A DNA stretch of 64,000 nucleotides from Gemmatimonadales bacterium. GTDB lineage: Bacteria; Gemmatimonadota; Gemmatimonadetes; Gemmatimonadales; GWC2-71-9. The notes under the pieces are model-generated. The model saw only the letters and a program-made list of their open reading frames with translations, did not search any database and had not been told where the DNA came from. Made by a program: the position numbers and the translations under genes. The stretch is from positions 242 through 64,241 of the forward strand of contig DATBLR010000092.1 of the NCBI GenBank assembly GCA_036555275.1. The letters run 5' to 3'. Every line of letters starts with the position of its first letter. Positions within the stretch are counted from its first letter, which is position 1. Below are positions 9,505-19,011 of the stretch, in pieces.

Positions 9505-10677
9505 TCAGGGCGTCTGGCCGCGCAGTTCGCGGCAGGCTTCATCGAGGATCGCCACGCCGCGCCGCACGGAGCCTTCGTCGTGCGCCAGCGAGACGAAGTT
9601 GTAGGCCGTTCGCTTGAACAGGAGTCCGCGCCGCGCGGCGGCCCGGGCCAGACGGACCCCGGCCTCCTCGCTGGGGAAGCGCAGAAACAGCATCTCGGGC
9701 AGGCCGGCCACTCCGCTGATCAGATCAGGATAGCGATCCGCCAACCCCTCCAGCTCCGCGAACAGGCGGGCCCCCACGGTGGCGAGGTGCTCCGGTACCC
9801 GGTGCTCCACCATCGCGGTGAGCGTGGCATCGGCCGCCGCCAGAGCAACCATTTCGGTCGCCAGGGTGGAGGAGATCCAGGTGTCCCGGGCCCGCTCCAT
9901 GACCGCCTGCCGCCCACCGACCGCCGCAAGTGGAAAGCCGTTGGCGAGCGCCTTGCCCAGGACCACCATGTCGGCGGCGATGTCGTAGCGTTCGGCGGCG
10001 CCGCCGATCGCGATGCGGAACGCGGTCTTGATCTCATCGAGCACCAGGAGCGCTCCAGTCCTGGTGGTCTCATCTCGAAGCATGGTGAGCCACTCCGACG
10101 AGGGCGCCCGCTCCACCACCGGCTCGATCAGCACGGCAGCCAGTCGACCGCCCGCTTCCCGGATCGCCGAGCGGCCGCGCTCGCAGTCGTTGAACGGGAT
10201 CTGCTCGCTCAGAGAAAGTGCGGCCGCAGGCACCCCGGCGGTGCCGGCGGGCTGACACCAGTCGAGCCAGCCGTGATACCCCGAGCGGAGTATGAGGTCC
10301 CGCCCGGTGTGGACCCGGGCCAGTCGCACCGCGGCGGCGACCGCCTCCGCCCCGGTCTTGAGGAAGCGGGTGCGCTCCATCCAGGGCAGCAGCCCGGCCA
10401 GCCGCTCGGCGACTTGCTCCTCCAGCTCAGGCGGCAGCGGACCCACCGTCCCCGCGTCGATCGCGGCGTGCGCGACCGCGTTCACCGCAGGATCTCCGTA
10501 CCCCAGCGCCACCGCCCCGAGCGCCATGATGAAGTCGAGGTACTGCCGACCCTCCACATCCCAGACCTCGCAGCCGCGGGCCCGCGCCAGCCGAACCGGA
10601 AGGCCCCGTGGTGCCCCACTGCCGAAGAGCGCGTCCGGCCGCTTGCTGCCGGTCGAGGTGAACCCCGGGATTCTCAT
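9505..10677 (-). CDS. class III PLP aminotransferase (glutamate-1-semialdehyde aminomutase-like)
   Basis: DVEGRQYLD, FLKTGAEA, LVLDEIKTAFR, GKALANGFP; ATGA overlap at 10674-10677. Confidence 0.87.
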   Translation of the reverse strand: MRIPGFTSTGSKRPDALFGSGAPRGLPVRLARARGCEVWDVEGRQYLDFIMALGAVALGYGDPAVNAVAHAAIDAGTVGPLPPELEEQVAERLAGLLPWMERTRFLKTGAEAVAAAVRLARVHTGRDLILRSGYHGWLDWCQPAGTAGVPAAALSLSEQIPFNDCERGRSAIREAGGRLAAVLIEPVVERAPSSEWLTMLRDETTRTGALLVLDEIKTAFRIAIGGAAERYDIAADMVVLGKALANGFPLAAVGGRQAVMERARDTWISSTLATEMVALAAADATLTAMVEHRVPEHLATVGARLFAELEGLADRYPDLISGVAGLPEMLFLRFPSEEAGVRLARAAARRGLLFKRTAYNFVSLAHDEGSVRRGVAILDEACRELRGQTP

Positions 10678-13427
10678 CGGAGCAGGAGCCGTCCGAACCG
10701 TGCCGAGTCCTGGCGGTCGCCGCGCAGATAGCCCCAGCCTCCGCCACCGGTCCACACCAGCTGACCCAGTCGCCGTAGGCGGCCGGGGCGCATCTCGTTC
10801 ACGATGAGATCGAACCGTGGAGGAGAATGTCCCGGTTCCGGCGGCCATCCTGGGAGCTCGATCGCGAGGCTGACGAGGTATCCGTCCCCAGTCGCCTGCC
10901 ACGCCCCGCGAACGCTGTCCGCCCGCGCCGGCGTGCCCATCACTCCGCGAATCTGAAGGGCTGGGCTCTCCGGATCGGGAGCGATCAGCCAGCCGTGCGC
11001 CGCCTGGCCTTCGAGCTCGAGGTACACCTGGAGACCGTCGGAGTGAATGAGGTCGGACTCGTTGTCCAGCAGCAGCGGCGGGGCGTCCGTGCGCCGGAAG
11101 GTGAGTTCCGTCTTGAGTACCTCGACGGCGAGGTAGAGCGCCCGCTCATCCCAGCCGAGCCAGGCGCGGGCCGAAAACTCATCGGGGCCGGGATAGGGAG
11201 ACTCGGTGCGCCGGTACTGATCGTCGTGATCGAGATGCAACGGCGCATCGGTGACGAAGCCATCCACCCTGCCGTCCAGCCCCGGTGGCTCAGCCAGGTG
11301 GAACACGGTCGCTTCCGGAGGCGTGTACTTGGCAAGCTCGCTGCCCACCACCGGGAGGTCGAGACGGGCAAGCGGCTCGCGGCGGTGGCCGCGAAGGGCG
11401 ATGTGGCTCCCATCGCTCTTCACGTCCCAGCCCTCGCTGGTCTGACGATGGATCACCGTCCCCGACCCCGTCTCGACCACGATCTCCCCCGGTGCGAAGC
11501 GGGCAGACCGGAGTCCGGCTTCGTCGAAGGCCACGACGCTGGAGAAGCGGACGTATCGCCCCTGTTGCCGCAGGAGCAGGAACGGCCGTCCGCCCGTCTC
11601 CCCAGGGCGGCCCGGTCCCCGCGCGCGGATCAGCGATCCCCCGCCATCGAAGATCCCTTCCAGGACTCGACCGGCCCCGGCGACGGTCGCCCGCCAGACA
11701 ACGGGTCCCGGCCGGTCCGGAACGAATTGCTCAGCACCGCTGACGAACTCGTCGTTGAGCTCCGCAGGCTCCCATCGTCCGGCGGAGACGATCTGCAGCT
11801 CACCCTCCGGATGCCACGGCAGCTCCACCACATGCTCCTCGTCAGCAGCGAACTCGAGAACGTCGGTGATGGAGGAAGGTCCCGCCACGACGGTGCGGGT
11901 GAAGCCCCCGCACTTGGCCCGCACCCAGCCCCATCGGCCGTTCACGTCGTACATCTCGGCCCGGGCATCGGCCACCGGCTGCGATACTCCATCGACCCGC
12001 GGCGCGTTGTGAGCCAGGGTCGAGCGGTACCAGAAGAGATCCCGGGACACGTAGGACCCGGTTCCCGGATCGGCGAGCCAGTGCACCCCCCGGGCATGCA
12101 GGGTAAGGTGCAGCCGATCCGGGTGGCCGTGCCCACCGCCATATTCGCCGCATTCGACGCTGGCATAGCGGTCCTGATCGCGCAGGATCGCCAGCCCCTG
12201 CACCGGCAGCAGCGCGCTTGCCGGATGCCACGCCGCCGCCTCATCCGGCAGTTCGGGCAGCATGGCTGCAAGCATCCACCACGACAGGTCGGTGCGGCCC
12301 CGCGTCGCGGGCGGCTCCTCCCCTGCCTCATGCAGGTAGGAGTCGAACGGCTCGGCCACCGGCGCCGGGAGGGTATAGAGATGGCGCAGCCAGCCGGCGA
12401 GCTCCCCGGCCTCGTCGAGATGACCGGTCGAAACGAGCAGCGTTGCCCCGCGCTCCCACAGCTCGAGGTACATGGGCTGCGCCAGCGACACCCCGAACCG
12501 GGCATCCTTCCGGGCCGGAAACGTTCCGTCGGGCAGGGCCGACAGGATCGGCGCTCGTAGCACAGCCGCCAGCCGATCCTGACCCGCTTTCTCCTCGAAG
12601 AGATCCACCCCGGCGAGCCGGGCCCAGTCCGCACCGGTAAGCAGGCCGCGGAGCGCGAACAGATGGTAGTTCTCGCCCTCGTACCACATCCCGTCCGGCC
12701 CGAACCCGTCGACGAAATGGCCCACCAGGCCGCGCGGGCCCTCGATCGCCCGCTGGGCCAGGTCCGCGTCCTCGAACCAGACGGCGACGGCCGCCAGAGC
12801 GGCGTTGTGCCAGGTCTGGCGATTGCTCAGCCCTTCGTCGAACTCTCCGATGAGGCCGGCGGCTTCCTCCGCGACCGTGCTCGCCGCCTCGATTCCGGCC
12901 TCGTCCAGTGCGCCCCCTTCCCGAAGCAGATAGGCCCCGGCCAGATAGCTGGTCAGCCACACCGAGTCGAGATAGGTGGACGAGAACAGCCGCGACGGGC
13001 CGAGGACGTTATCGACGTTGGGAAAGCTGGCGTACCGACGGCCGTATTCGGCCACCATGGTTGCCGCCCAGGCCAGGACGGCCTCGTCCTCTGCAACCAG
13101 ACCCACGGTGGCCAGCTCCGCGATGCGCTCCGCCAGCCAGAGATGCGCCAGCCAGGCCCAGCGCCGGTCGTGCCGTTCGCCACTGAAGACCCGGCCGCAG
13201 CGCGGACAACGATGGCGGGTCGGACTCCAGGGATCGAACTCGAGCCGGTTCCTGTCCTCGGGACAGACGCCGCCGTCGGCGGTGAGCATCCCCTTGTGAT
13301 CGGGGACGCCGAGGTCCCGCGTCACGACGGTCGCCGCCCGGGCGGCGAGCCGATCACGAAGCGCCCGAAGGTCGGGGGCACCCGCGATGACCTCCTTTCG
13401 GAGCCCGAGCTCCTCCCCGCTCAGCAT
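10674..13427 (-). CDS. heparinase II/III-like (oligo-alginate/GAG lyase-type) protein with C-terminal carbohydrate-binding-like domain
   Basis: SNRQTWHN, DGMWYEGENYH, GGGHGHPDRL, RSTLAHN; N-terminal CP..C.C motif; no signal peptide seen. Confidence 0.8.
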   Translation of the reverse strand: MLSGEELGLRKEVIAGAPDLRALRDRLAARAATVVTRDLGVPDHKGMLTADGGVCPEDRNRLEFDPWSPTRHRCPRCGRVFSGERHDRRWAWLAHLWLAERIAELATVGLVAEDEAVLAWAATMVAEYGRRYASFPNVDNVLGPSRLFSSTYLDSVWLTSYLAGAYLLREGGALDEAGIEAASTVAEEAAGLIGEFDEGLSNRQTWHNAALAAVAVWFEDADLAQRAIEGPRGLVGHFVDGFGPDGMWYEGENYHLFALRGLLTGADWARLAGVDLFEEKAGQDRLAAVLRAPILSALPDGTFPARKDARFGVSLAQPMYLELWERGATLLVSTGHLDEAGELAGWLRHLYTLPAPVAEPFDSYLHEAGEEPPATRGRTDLSWWMLAAMLPELPDEAAAWHPASALLPVQGLAILRDQDRYASVECGEYGGGHGHPDRLHLTLHARGVHWLADPGTGSYVSRDLFWYRSTLAHNAPRVDGVSQPVADARAEMYDVNGRWGWVRAKCGGFTRTVVAGPSSITDVLEFAADEEHVVELPWHPEGELQIVSAGRWEPAELNDEFVSGAEQFVPDRPGPVVWRATVAGAGRVLEGIFDGGGSLIRARGPGRPGETGGRPFLLLRQQGRYVRFSSVVAFDEAGLRSARFAPGEIVVETGSGTVIHRQTSEGWDVKSDGSHIALRGHRREPLARLDLPVVGSELAKYTPPEATVFHLAEPPGLDGRVDGFVTDAPLHLDHDDQYRRTESPYPGPDEFSARAWLGWDERALYLAVEVLKTELTFRRTDAPPLLLDNESDLIHSDGLQVYLELEGQAAHGWLIAPDPESPALQIRGVMGTPARADSVRGAWQATGDGYLVSLAIELPGWPPEPGHSPPRFDLIVNEMRPGRLRRLGQLVWTGGGGWGYLRGDRQDSARFGRLLLR

Positions 13428-14404
13428 CGGGTCAGACCGGTTGCGGACCAGCGGGCCTCGAGCACGGTAGCACCGATCCGTCGCGCCGCTTCCCGCCCCG
13501 TGCTTCCATCTCGCATCAGGAAGAACATCGAGCCGCCCGCCCCCGCGCCGGCGGCCTTCCCTCCCAGCGCGCCTGCTTCCGCCATGGCCGATTCCAGCGC
13601 GGCCATCTCCGCAGTTCGCATGCTGAGGTCGAGCCGCTGCTGACAACCCCAGTTGGCGGTGAGTAGCCGGCCGACCTGAGCGAGGTCCCCCGCGACAAGA
13701 GCACCGGCCATCCGGTCGGCGATGGCAGCCATCTCGGAGAGCGCCATGCACACCATGGTGTCCCTTCGTTCGTAGGCCTCCATGACCCGAGCGATGGTGT
13801 CGCCGGAAACCCGCGACCGCCCGGTGTAACAGACCACCGTCCGGCGCTCCAGCTCACTCACAAACGCGGAGTCGAGACTCAGGCGCTCCACGGTCACCTG
13901 GTCTCCCCGGAAGCGGAAGCGGTGAAAGCCGCCCAGCGCCGCGGCGTATTGATCCTGCCGCCCACCCGGAATGCCGGCCTCCTCGATTTCGAGTTGACAG
14001 CCGTGGGCGGCGATTTCCTCGAGGCCCAGCTCCTCGCCCCGCACCGCGGTGAGGGTGCCGACCAGCGCCACATCCAGCGCCCCCGAGCTGCCGAGCCCTG
14101 ACCCGGGCGGGACGTCCGATCGGGTGCGCAGCGTCCCCGGTCCGGTCGGAAACATTCGGAGCGCGGCCTTGTGGAGCTGCAACGCGCCATCGGACATCAG
14201 GTCCGCCGCCCGCGTCACCCTGGCGGAGGCCTTGAGATCTTCCGCGACCAGCAGAAGGCCGTTCCCTCCCGGTTCGAACTCCGCCTGGACCCGGAGATCG
14301 ATCGCGGCATTGACCACCTCGCCACCTTCCCGGGTCGCGAAGGGAGGGACGTCGGTCCACCCGCCGGCAAAGTCGAGCCGGACCGGCGCCGACATCCGGA
14401 TCAT
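13421..14404 (-). CDS. GHMP sugar kinase (HddA / fucokinase / glucuronokinase-like)
   Basis: APVRLDFAGGWTD, PPGSGLGSS, GRQDQY, GAGAGG. Confidence 0.88.
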   Translation of the reverse strand: MIRMSAPVRLDFAGGWTDVPPFATREGGEVVNAAIDLRVQAEFEPGGNGLLLVAEDLKASARVTRAADLMSDGALQLHKAALRMFPTGPGTLRTRSDVPPGSGLGSSGALDVALVGTLTAVRGEELGLEEIAAHGCQLEIEEAGIPGGRQDQYAAALGGFHRFRFRGDQVTVERLSLDSAFVSELERRTVVCYTGRSRVSGDTIARVMEAYERRDTMVCMALSEMAAIADRMAGALVAGDLAQVGRLLTANWGCQQRLDLSMRTAEMAALESAMAEAGALGGKAAGAGAGGSMFFLMRDGSTGREAARRIGATVLEARWSATGLTRC

Positions 14405-15849
14405 CGAACGCTCCACTGCGCAACCGTGGCCAGCTCGCCCCGCAATCCGAGTTCCACCCCCCGCACTCTCCGGTTCACACCCTGGAGACCCTGCGCGTGA
14501 TAGAGGAACGCCACCGGCACGGAGTCCTGATAAAACCGCAACAACCGATCGGTGCCTTCGGGCACCGGGAGCCCCGACAGGACGGCGAGCGGTCGCAGAT
14601 AGCCGAGGTCGGGGTCCCCCGGCGTCCCCAGCACCGCGGCCTGGAAGTCGGGTCGGGTCGAATACACCCGGTCCAGAAACGCCGACAGCTCGAGCTGCCT
14701 GATAACGACGGTGATCCCGCCCCGCGCCAGTTGGGCCTGGAGCATCTGCTCCAGCGCCGCCTCCCCGCTCCCGACGGTCACCAGCTCGAAGCGCAACGGG
14801 GCCTCTTGAGAGTGCCCAGTGCCGAGTGCCCGATCGGTGAAATCCGGCTTATCGGGCACTGGGTACTGGGCACTGGGCACTGGCAGTTCCGGCGGCACCG
14901 GGCCATCGGCCGGAGTGGCGAAACCGTACGCGAATCCATCGACCAAGGCGCGGCGATCGACGCCGTCGGCGACCCGCCGACGCTGCGCCAGCGCGTCGAA
15001 CGGAGGCCGGCGGGTGTTGAACACGATCCCGGTGGTGAACAGCACCGGGTACTCGCGGACCACGAGTGCGGGGTCCCGCTCCGCGAACGTCGCGTAGGCC
15101 GGTTGCAGGGCGGCGAAGTCGAGCTCGCCGGAGGTGAGTCCTGCCAGCTTGGTCATGGGCTCATCCACCACGGCGATGACCAGCCGCTCCAGAAGAGGCG
15201 GGCCGCCGAGGGCGGCGGGGAAGTCGCCGTTCCGCTCGAATACCCAGCGACGATTGGGATCGTGACGAATGAACCGGAAGGGCCCGTTACCGACCGGACG
15301 CTCATTCCATGCTGCTTGCCGCAGCCGGGCGGCCGGGATGCTGTCGAGCAGGTGGGCAGGCAGAATGGCAAGGTCGGTCAGCACGTCGGGCATCGTCCCG
15401 GTGGCCGCGCCAAAGTCGAGCACCAGGGTGGTATCGTCGGTGGCGGCTGCCCTGGCCAGGAGGCGAAGGTCCGTCTGTCGCGGATACCCGGTGCCGGGAT
15501 CGCGGGCCTGGGTCAGCGTCCAGGCGGCGTCCCGCGCGGTGGTGGGTGCGCCGTCCTCCCAGCGCAGGCCGGGATAGAGTATGAGGGTGAGGCGGCGACC
15601 TCCCTCCGACCAGGACCAGTGCCGCGCCAGGTACGGCGCAATGCGCATGGCGCTGTCACGGCGTACCAGGGTCGTAAGCAGCACGTAGCGCTGGACCTGC
15701 CGGGCGAGCGGGTGGATCGTGAACAGCGGATTGATGCTCTGGAGATCCGCACCGGAGGCGTACAGCACCGTGTTGCCCCGCCGGCGGGCATCGGTCCCGC
15801 AGGCGGCGAGCAGACCGGCGAGGAGGAGCGTCGCGGCACGGCGGAGCAT
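14401..15849 (-). CDS. peptide/oligosaccharide ABC transporter substrate-binding lipoprotein (family 5)
   Basis: lipobox LLAAC; APYLA..W, PVGNGPF motifs. Confidence 0.88.
   Translation of the reverse strand: MLRRAATLLLAGLLAACGTDARRRGNTVLYASGADLQSINPLFTIHPLARQVQRYVLLTTLVRRDSAMRIAPYLARHWSWSEGGRRLTLILYPGLRWEDGAPTTARDAAWTLTQARDPGTGYPRQTDLRLLARAAATDDTTLVLDFGAATGTMPDVLTDLAILPAHLLDSIPAARLRQAAWNERPVGNGPFRFIRHDPNRRWVFERNGDFPAALGGPPLLERLVIAVVDEPMTKLAGLTSGELDFAALQPAYATFAERDPALVVREYPVLFTTGIVFNTRRPPFDALAQRRRVADGVDRRALVDGFAYGFATPADGPVPPELPVPSAQYPVPDKPDFTDRALGTGHSQEAPLRFELVTVGSGEAALEQMLQAQLARGGITVVIRQLELSAFLDRVYSTRPDFQAAVLGTPGDPDLGYLRPLAVLSGLPVPEGTDRLLRFYQDSVPVAFLYHAQGLQGVNRRVRGVELGLRGELATVAQWSVR
14811..14881. 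repeat. intragenic inverted heptamer repeat (AGTGCCC x3 / GGGCACT x4)
   Basis: 24-nt arms 14811-14834 and 14851-14874, 22/24 complementary, in frame within the SBP. Confidence 0.85.
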
Positions 15850-15876
15850 CCGGGAAAGGTGCGCCGCGTTGGCCGG

Positions 15877-15911
15877 AAAGCAAACACCCGCGGGGGCAAG
15901 CCCCGCGGGTG
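15877..15911 (-). terminator. intrinsic terminator of the lipoprotein gene
   Basis: cacccgcgggg-gcaag-ccccgcgggtg stem followed by TTTGCTTT on the minus strand. Confidence 0.7.
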
Positions 15912-15933
15912 CGGCACTGGTGGCACCAACCGG

Positions 15934-16854
15934 TCAGGAGGCGGTTGGTCCAGTGACGAGGGTGACGGTTGGATCCTGTCCGCAACCGTTGAAGACGATC
16001 GTGATGGTCGAGGTCCCGCTGGGACCGGTGTGCACAATCGTGAGTGTCCCGGATACGATCCTGTTGTCGGCGGCGCAGCTCGCATCGAAGTGCAGCGGGT
16101 CCGTGGTCTCGACCGACAAGCTCCGGATGAGGCCGCCGTGGGTCCGGGTCGTCTTTCCCACGACCGTGAGAATCCCGCTGGGCAGATGGAAACGATGAGA
16201 GAAGGTCGCGCCGGCGTCCGCCACGAAGTCAACCTGCCAGGCCTTGGCCAGCTCCGCGGTCGGGAACTGGCTGGACTCCCATGTCACCGTCGTGTTGTCA
16301 GTCGCCGAGAAGCCCGTCGCCGACGAGATTTGCTGCAGGACCCCGTCCACCCGCCGCAGGAAGAACGTGGTCTCGTTCACGGTCGTCTTCTTCTGGAAAT
16401 CCTGGAACTCGATCCGGATTCCGCGGTCGACGGCGGACGGATCCGAGATGGTCACGTTTCCGCTGAGCTCCAGGACGGCGTTCCCGCGGGGGCTCGTGAA
16501 GGTGCATTCCGCCGGGGGCTCGAAGCTCAGCGTCAGGTTGTCCGGCACTCCGTCCCCGTCGGTATCGGTCGGCGGATTCTCGGACGGTATGGGGCAGTTC
16601 GAGAGCGGATTGAAGAAGATCGGGCCGTGGAAGGCCCGATCGGCGCCTGGCAGAGCGGTCAGGGGCGGTGCCAGGAAATCCTGCACCGAGGCGCCCGAGG
16701 TAATCCCGGCCAGTTCGCCCTGCATCTCGTTGCTGATCGCCTGGGCGTCAGCCATCGTAAGCGGGGTGCCAGCCTCGGGCGAGCTGCTGTCGCTGCCGTT
16801 GCAGGCGGCCAGGATCAAGGTGATCGCCGCCAGGCCTGCGGACATTCGTGCCAT
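15934..16854 (-). CDS. hypothetical lipoprotein
   Basis: lipobox LILAAC; DTDGDGVPD Ca-binding-like motif; Thr/Ser-rich beta composition. Confidence 0.8.
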   Translation of the reverse strand: MARMSAGLAAITLILAACNGSDSSSPEAGTPLTMADAQAISNEMQGELAGITSGASVQDFLAPPLTALPGADRAFHGPIFFNPLSNCPIPSENPPTDTDGDGVPDNLTLSFEPPAECTFTSPRGNAVLELSGNVTISDPSAVDRGIRIEFQDFQKKTTVNETTFFLRRVDGVLQQISSATGFSATDNTTVTWESSQFPTAELAKAWQVDFVADAGATFSHRFHLPSGILTVVGKTTRTHGGLIRSLSVETTDPLHFDASCAADNRIVSGTLTIVHTGPSGTSTITIVFNGCGQDPTVTLVTGPTAS

Positions 16855-16964
16855 CGGACGACCTCAAGCTCGAAAGACTTCCCAAGCTGTCGAAGCACGA
16901 TCAGCCACGCCGTGACATCTCTCACCACCCCGGCGAGCGTCGCACCGGCGCTACATTCTGTGAC

Positions 16965-17927
16965 ATGTTCTCCCGCACGATAGGGCGGCTGCTGGCCGCC
17001 GCGGCCGTGGTGCTCGGCGTAGCCAGCCTCACCTTTCTCCTGCTCCAGGTCGCCCCGGGAGACCCAGCCCGGCACCTGGCGGGCCCGTTGGCAACGCCCG
17101 AGCAGGTGGCGGCTTTGCGCGACCGACTGGGCCTCGATCGACCGGTTCTCGTACAGTTCGTCGCCTGGATCGGGAGGGCTGCGGTCGGAGACTGGGGCGC
17201 GAGTCTCGCCACCGGGCGACCGGTCCGCACGATGCTGGCGGAGGCCTGGCCGTGGACCGCCCTGCTGGTCGCGTTGTCCCTCGGGTTGAGCTACCTGGTT
17301 GGGATCGCGGTCGCGCTGGTACAAGCTGGAAGCCGACGCGCCGCGGACACCGCGCTCTCAGTCCTGTCAGTCGTTCTGTTCGCCCTCCCGGGCTACTGGC
17401 TCGCCGTGATGCTGGTGTGGGTGTTCGCCTACCAGTTGCGGGTGCTGCCAGCCTTCGGCGCGACTGGACTGGATGCCGACTACCTGACCCCCGCGGGTCG
17501 GTTGCTGGACCAGCTCCGCCACCTGGCGTTGCCGCTCGCCACCCTGGTCCTGATTGGCCTCGGCGGGGCGGCGCGCTTCGTCCGGGGTGCGCTGTTCGAC
17601 GTACGGGGCGAGCCCTTCATGGTCGCCGCGCGGGCCCGCGGGATACCCGAACCAAGGGTCCTGCGGCACCACCTGCTCCCCAATGCGTTCGGCCCCGTGG
17701 CAACCCTGCTCGGGCTCTCACTGCCGGCGCTGTTTTCCGGAACGGTGTTCGTCGAGGGCATCTTCGCCTGGCCGGGCGTCGGCCGCCTCCTGATCGACGC
17801 CGTCAAGGCGCGCGACTACCCGGTCGTGATGGCCGCCGCCACCGTGAGCGCCCTGCTGGTGGTGGCGGGCAACCTGCTCGCCGACCTGGCCCGGAGCTGG
17901 CTCGACCCCCGGCAACGGCATGCCTGA
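16965..17927 (+). CDS. ABC transporter permease (OppB/DppB family)
   Basis: APGDP, LGLDRP, ARARG EAA loop, FAWPGVG, RDYPVV; TACATT 7 nt upstream of ATG. Confidence 0.92.
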   Translation: MFSRTIGRLLAAAAVVLGVASLTFLLLQVAPGDPARHLAGPLATPEQVAALRDRLGLDRPVLVQFVAWIGRAAVGDWGASLATGRPVRTMLAEAWPWTALLVALSLGLSYLVGIAVALVQAGSRRAADTALSVLSVVLFALPGYWLAVMLVWVFAYQLRVLPAFGATGLDADYLTPAGRLLDQLRHLALPLATLVLIGLGGAARFVRGALFDVRGEPFMVAARARGIPEPRVLRHHLLPNAFGPVATLLGLSLPALFSGTVFVEGIFAWPGVGRLLIDAVKARDYPVVMAAATVSALLVVAGNLLADLARSWLDPRQRHA

Positions 17928-18765
17928 CAGACGTCTGCTGGCGGACGGTCGCGCTCTCTCGGGGCTTTTGTTGCTTGGAGCCGTGGGCCTGCTCGCCCTG
18001 GCCGCACCGCTGGTGGCCGGCTACGACCCCGTCGCCCAGCCGGATGTCGTGGCCACGCGTTTCACCCCTCCGTTCGGGCATGACGGGTTAGGTGCCTTCC
18101 ATATACTGGGCACTGATCGGTTCGGGCGCGACGTGTGGAGCCGACTGGTGTATGGAGGCCGGGTGTCGCTCGGCACGGGCCTGCTCGCGACGGCGCTCGC
18201 CGTAGTCATCGGGGTTAGCGTAGGCCTTGTCGCCGGAGTTTGGCGCGGCCGTGTGGGACTCCTCCTGATGGCGCTGACCGACTTCTCGCTGGCCGTGCCC
18301 CGGGTGGTGCTGCTCCTGCTCCTGGCCGCCCTGTGGGAGCCCAGCGGCACCCTGGTGGTGGTGGTCCTTGGGCTCACCGGCTGGATGGGCATCGCCCGAC
18401 TGGTGTACGGAGAGGCGACCGCCATCATGGCCCGACCATTCGTGACCTCGGCGCGCGCCCTGGGAGCCGGCCGCCAGCAGGTGGCCTTGGCTCATGTGCT
18501 GCCCAATAGCTGGACGCCCGTCATCGTGGCGGCCGCCCTCGGGGTTGGGAACGCCATCACCATGGAGGCCGGCCTCTCGTTTCTCGGTTTGGGCATCCAG
18601 CCCCCCGCACCATCGTGGGGCTCGATGATCGCCTCCGGACGCGACACCCTCATCAACGCCCCCTGGGCCGCCGTGGCGCCCGGTGCGGCCCTGGTGCTGG
18701 TCGTGGTGGGGTGTACGCTGGTCGGTGACGCGCTCCGGGCCAGCCTGGAGCCCGGAAGCGAGTAG
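17920..18765 (+). CDS. ABC transporter permease (OppC/DppC family)
   Basis: LGTDRFGRD, SARALGA, LSFLGLG, PSWG. Confidence 0.92.
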   Translation: MPDRRLLADGRALSGLLLLGAVGLLALAAPLVAGYDPVAQPDVVATRFTPPFGHDGLGAFHILGTDRFGRDVWSRLVYGGRVSLGTGLLATALAVVIGVSVGLVAGVWRGRVGLLLMALTDFSLAVPRVVLLLLLAALWEPSGTLVVVVLGLTGWMGIARLVYGEATAIMARPFVTSARALGAGRQQVALAHVLPNSWTPVIVAAALGVGNAITMEAGLSFLGLGIQPPAPSWGSMIASGRDTLINAPWAAVAPGAALVLVVVGCTLVGDALRASLEPGSE

Positions 18766-18773
18766 AGGCCCAA

Positions 18774-18980
18774 GAGAACGGGGAACGCGAAACTGCGGGG
18801 AACGGGGAACAGGGAACAGGGAACGGGAAGAACAAGGCCGTTCAAGCGCATCGCCCACCAGAGGGACCAGAGTCGGTCCGGTTGCTTGTGCTCGGGAGTC
18901 AAACACGTTGCCTACCACGATACAGCCGAGTCAATCCCGTTCCCCGTTCCCTGTTCCCTGTTCCCCGGTTCCTGTTCCCC
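18774..18980. repeat. inverted tandem heptamer arms (GGGAACR / YGTTCCC) around a ~106-bp core
   Basis: left arm 18774-18828, right arm 18935-18980; about 30/32 complementarity in the inner part. Confidence 0.9.
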
Positions 18981-19011
18981 TTGCCGCATCCTATCCCTAC
19001 GACGAAATCCC

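Noticed and set aside
13428..13751. Long N-terminal extensions in the ORF track (also 2846-3103, 10678-10902, 29327-29704, 60278-60988, 62783-63040)
   Set aside because: They overlap upstream genes; downstream starts at stop/start overlaps fit family N-termini better.
18774..18980. CRISPR array interpretation of the repeats
   Set aside because: Units are 7 nt, tandem and inverted, with no 25-40 nt repeats, unique spacers or cas genes.
18763..19011. Stop-codon readthrough fusing permease and GDPD
   Set aside because: An open in-frame spacer is plausible by chance at this GC content; both proteins are complete alone and no recoding signal was seen.
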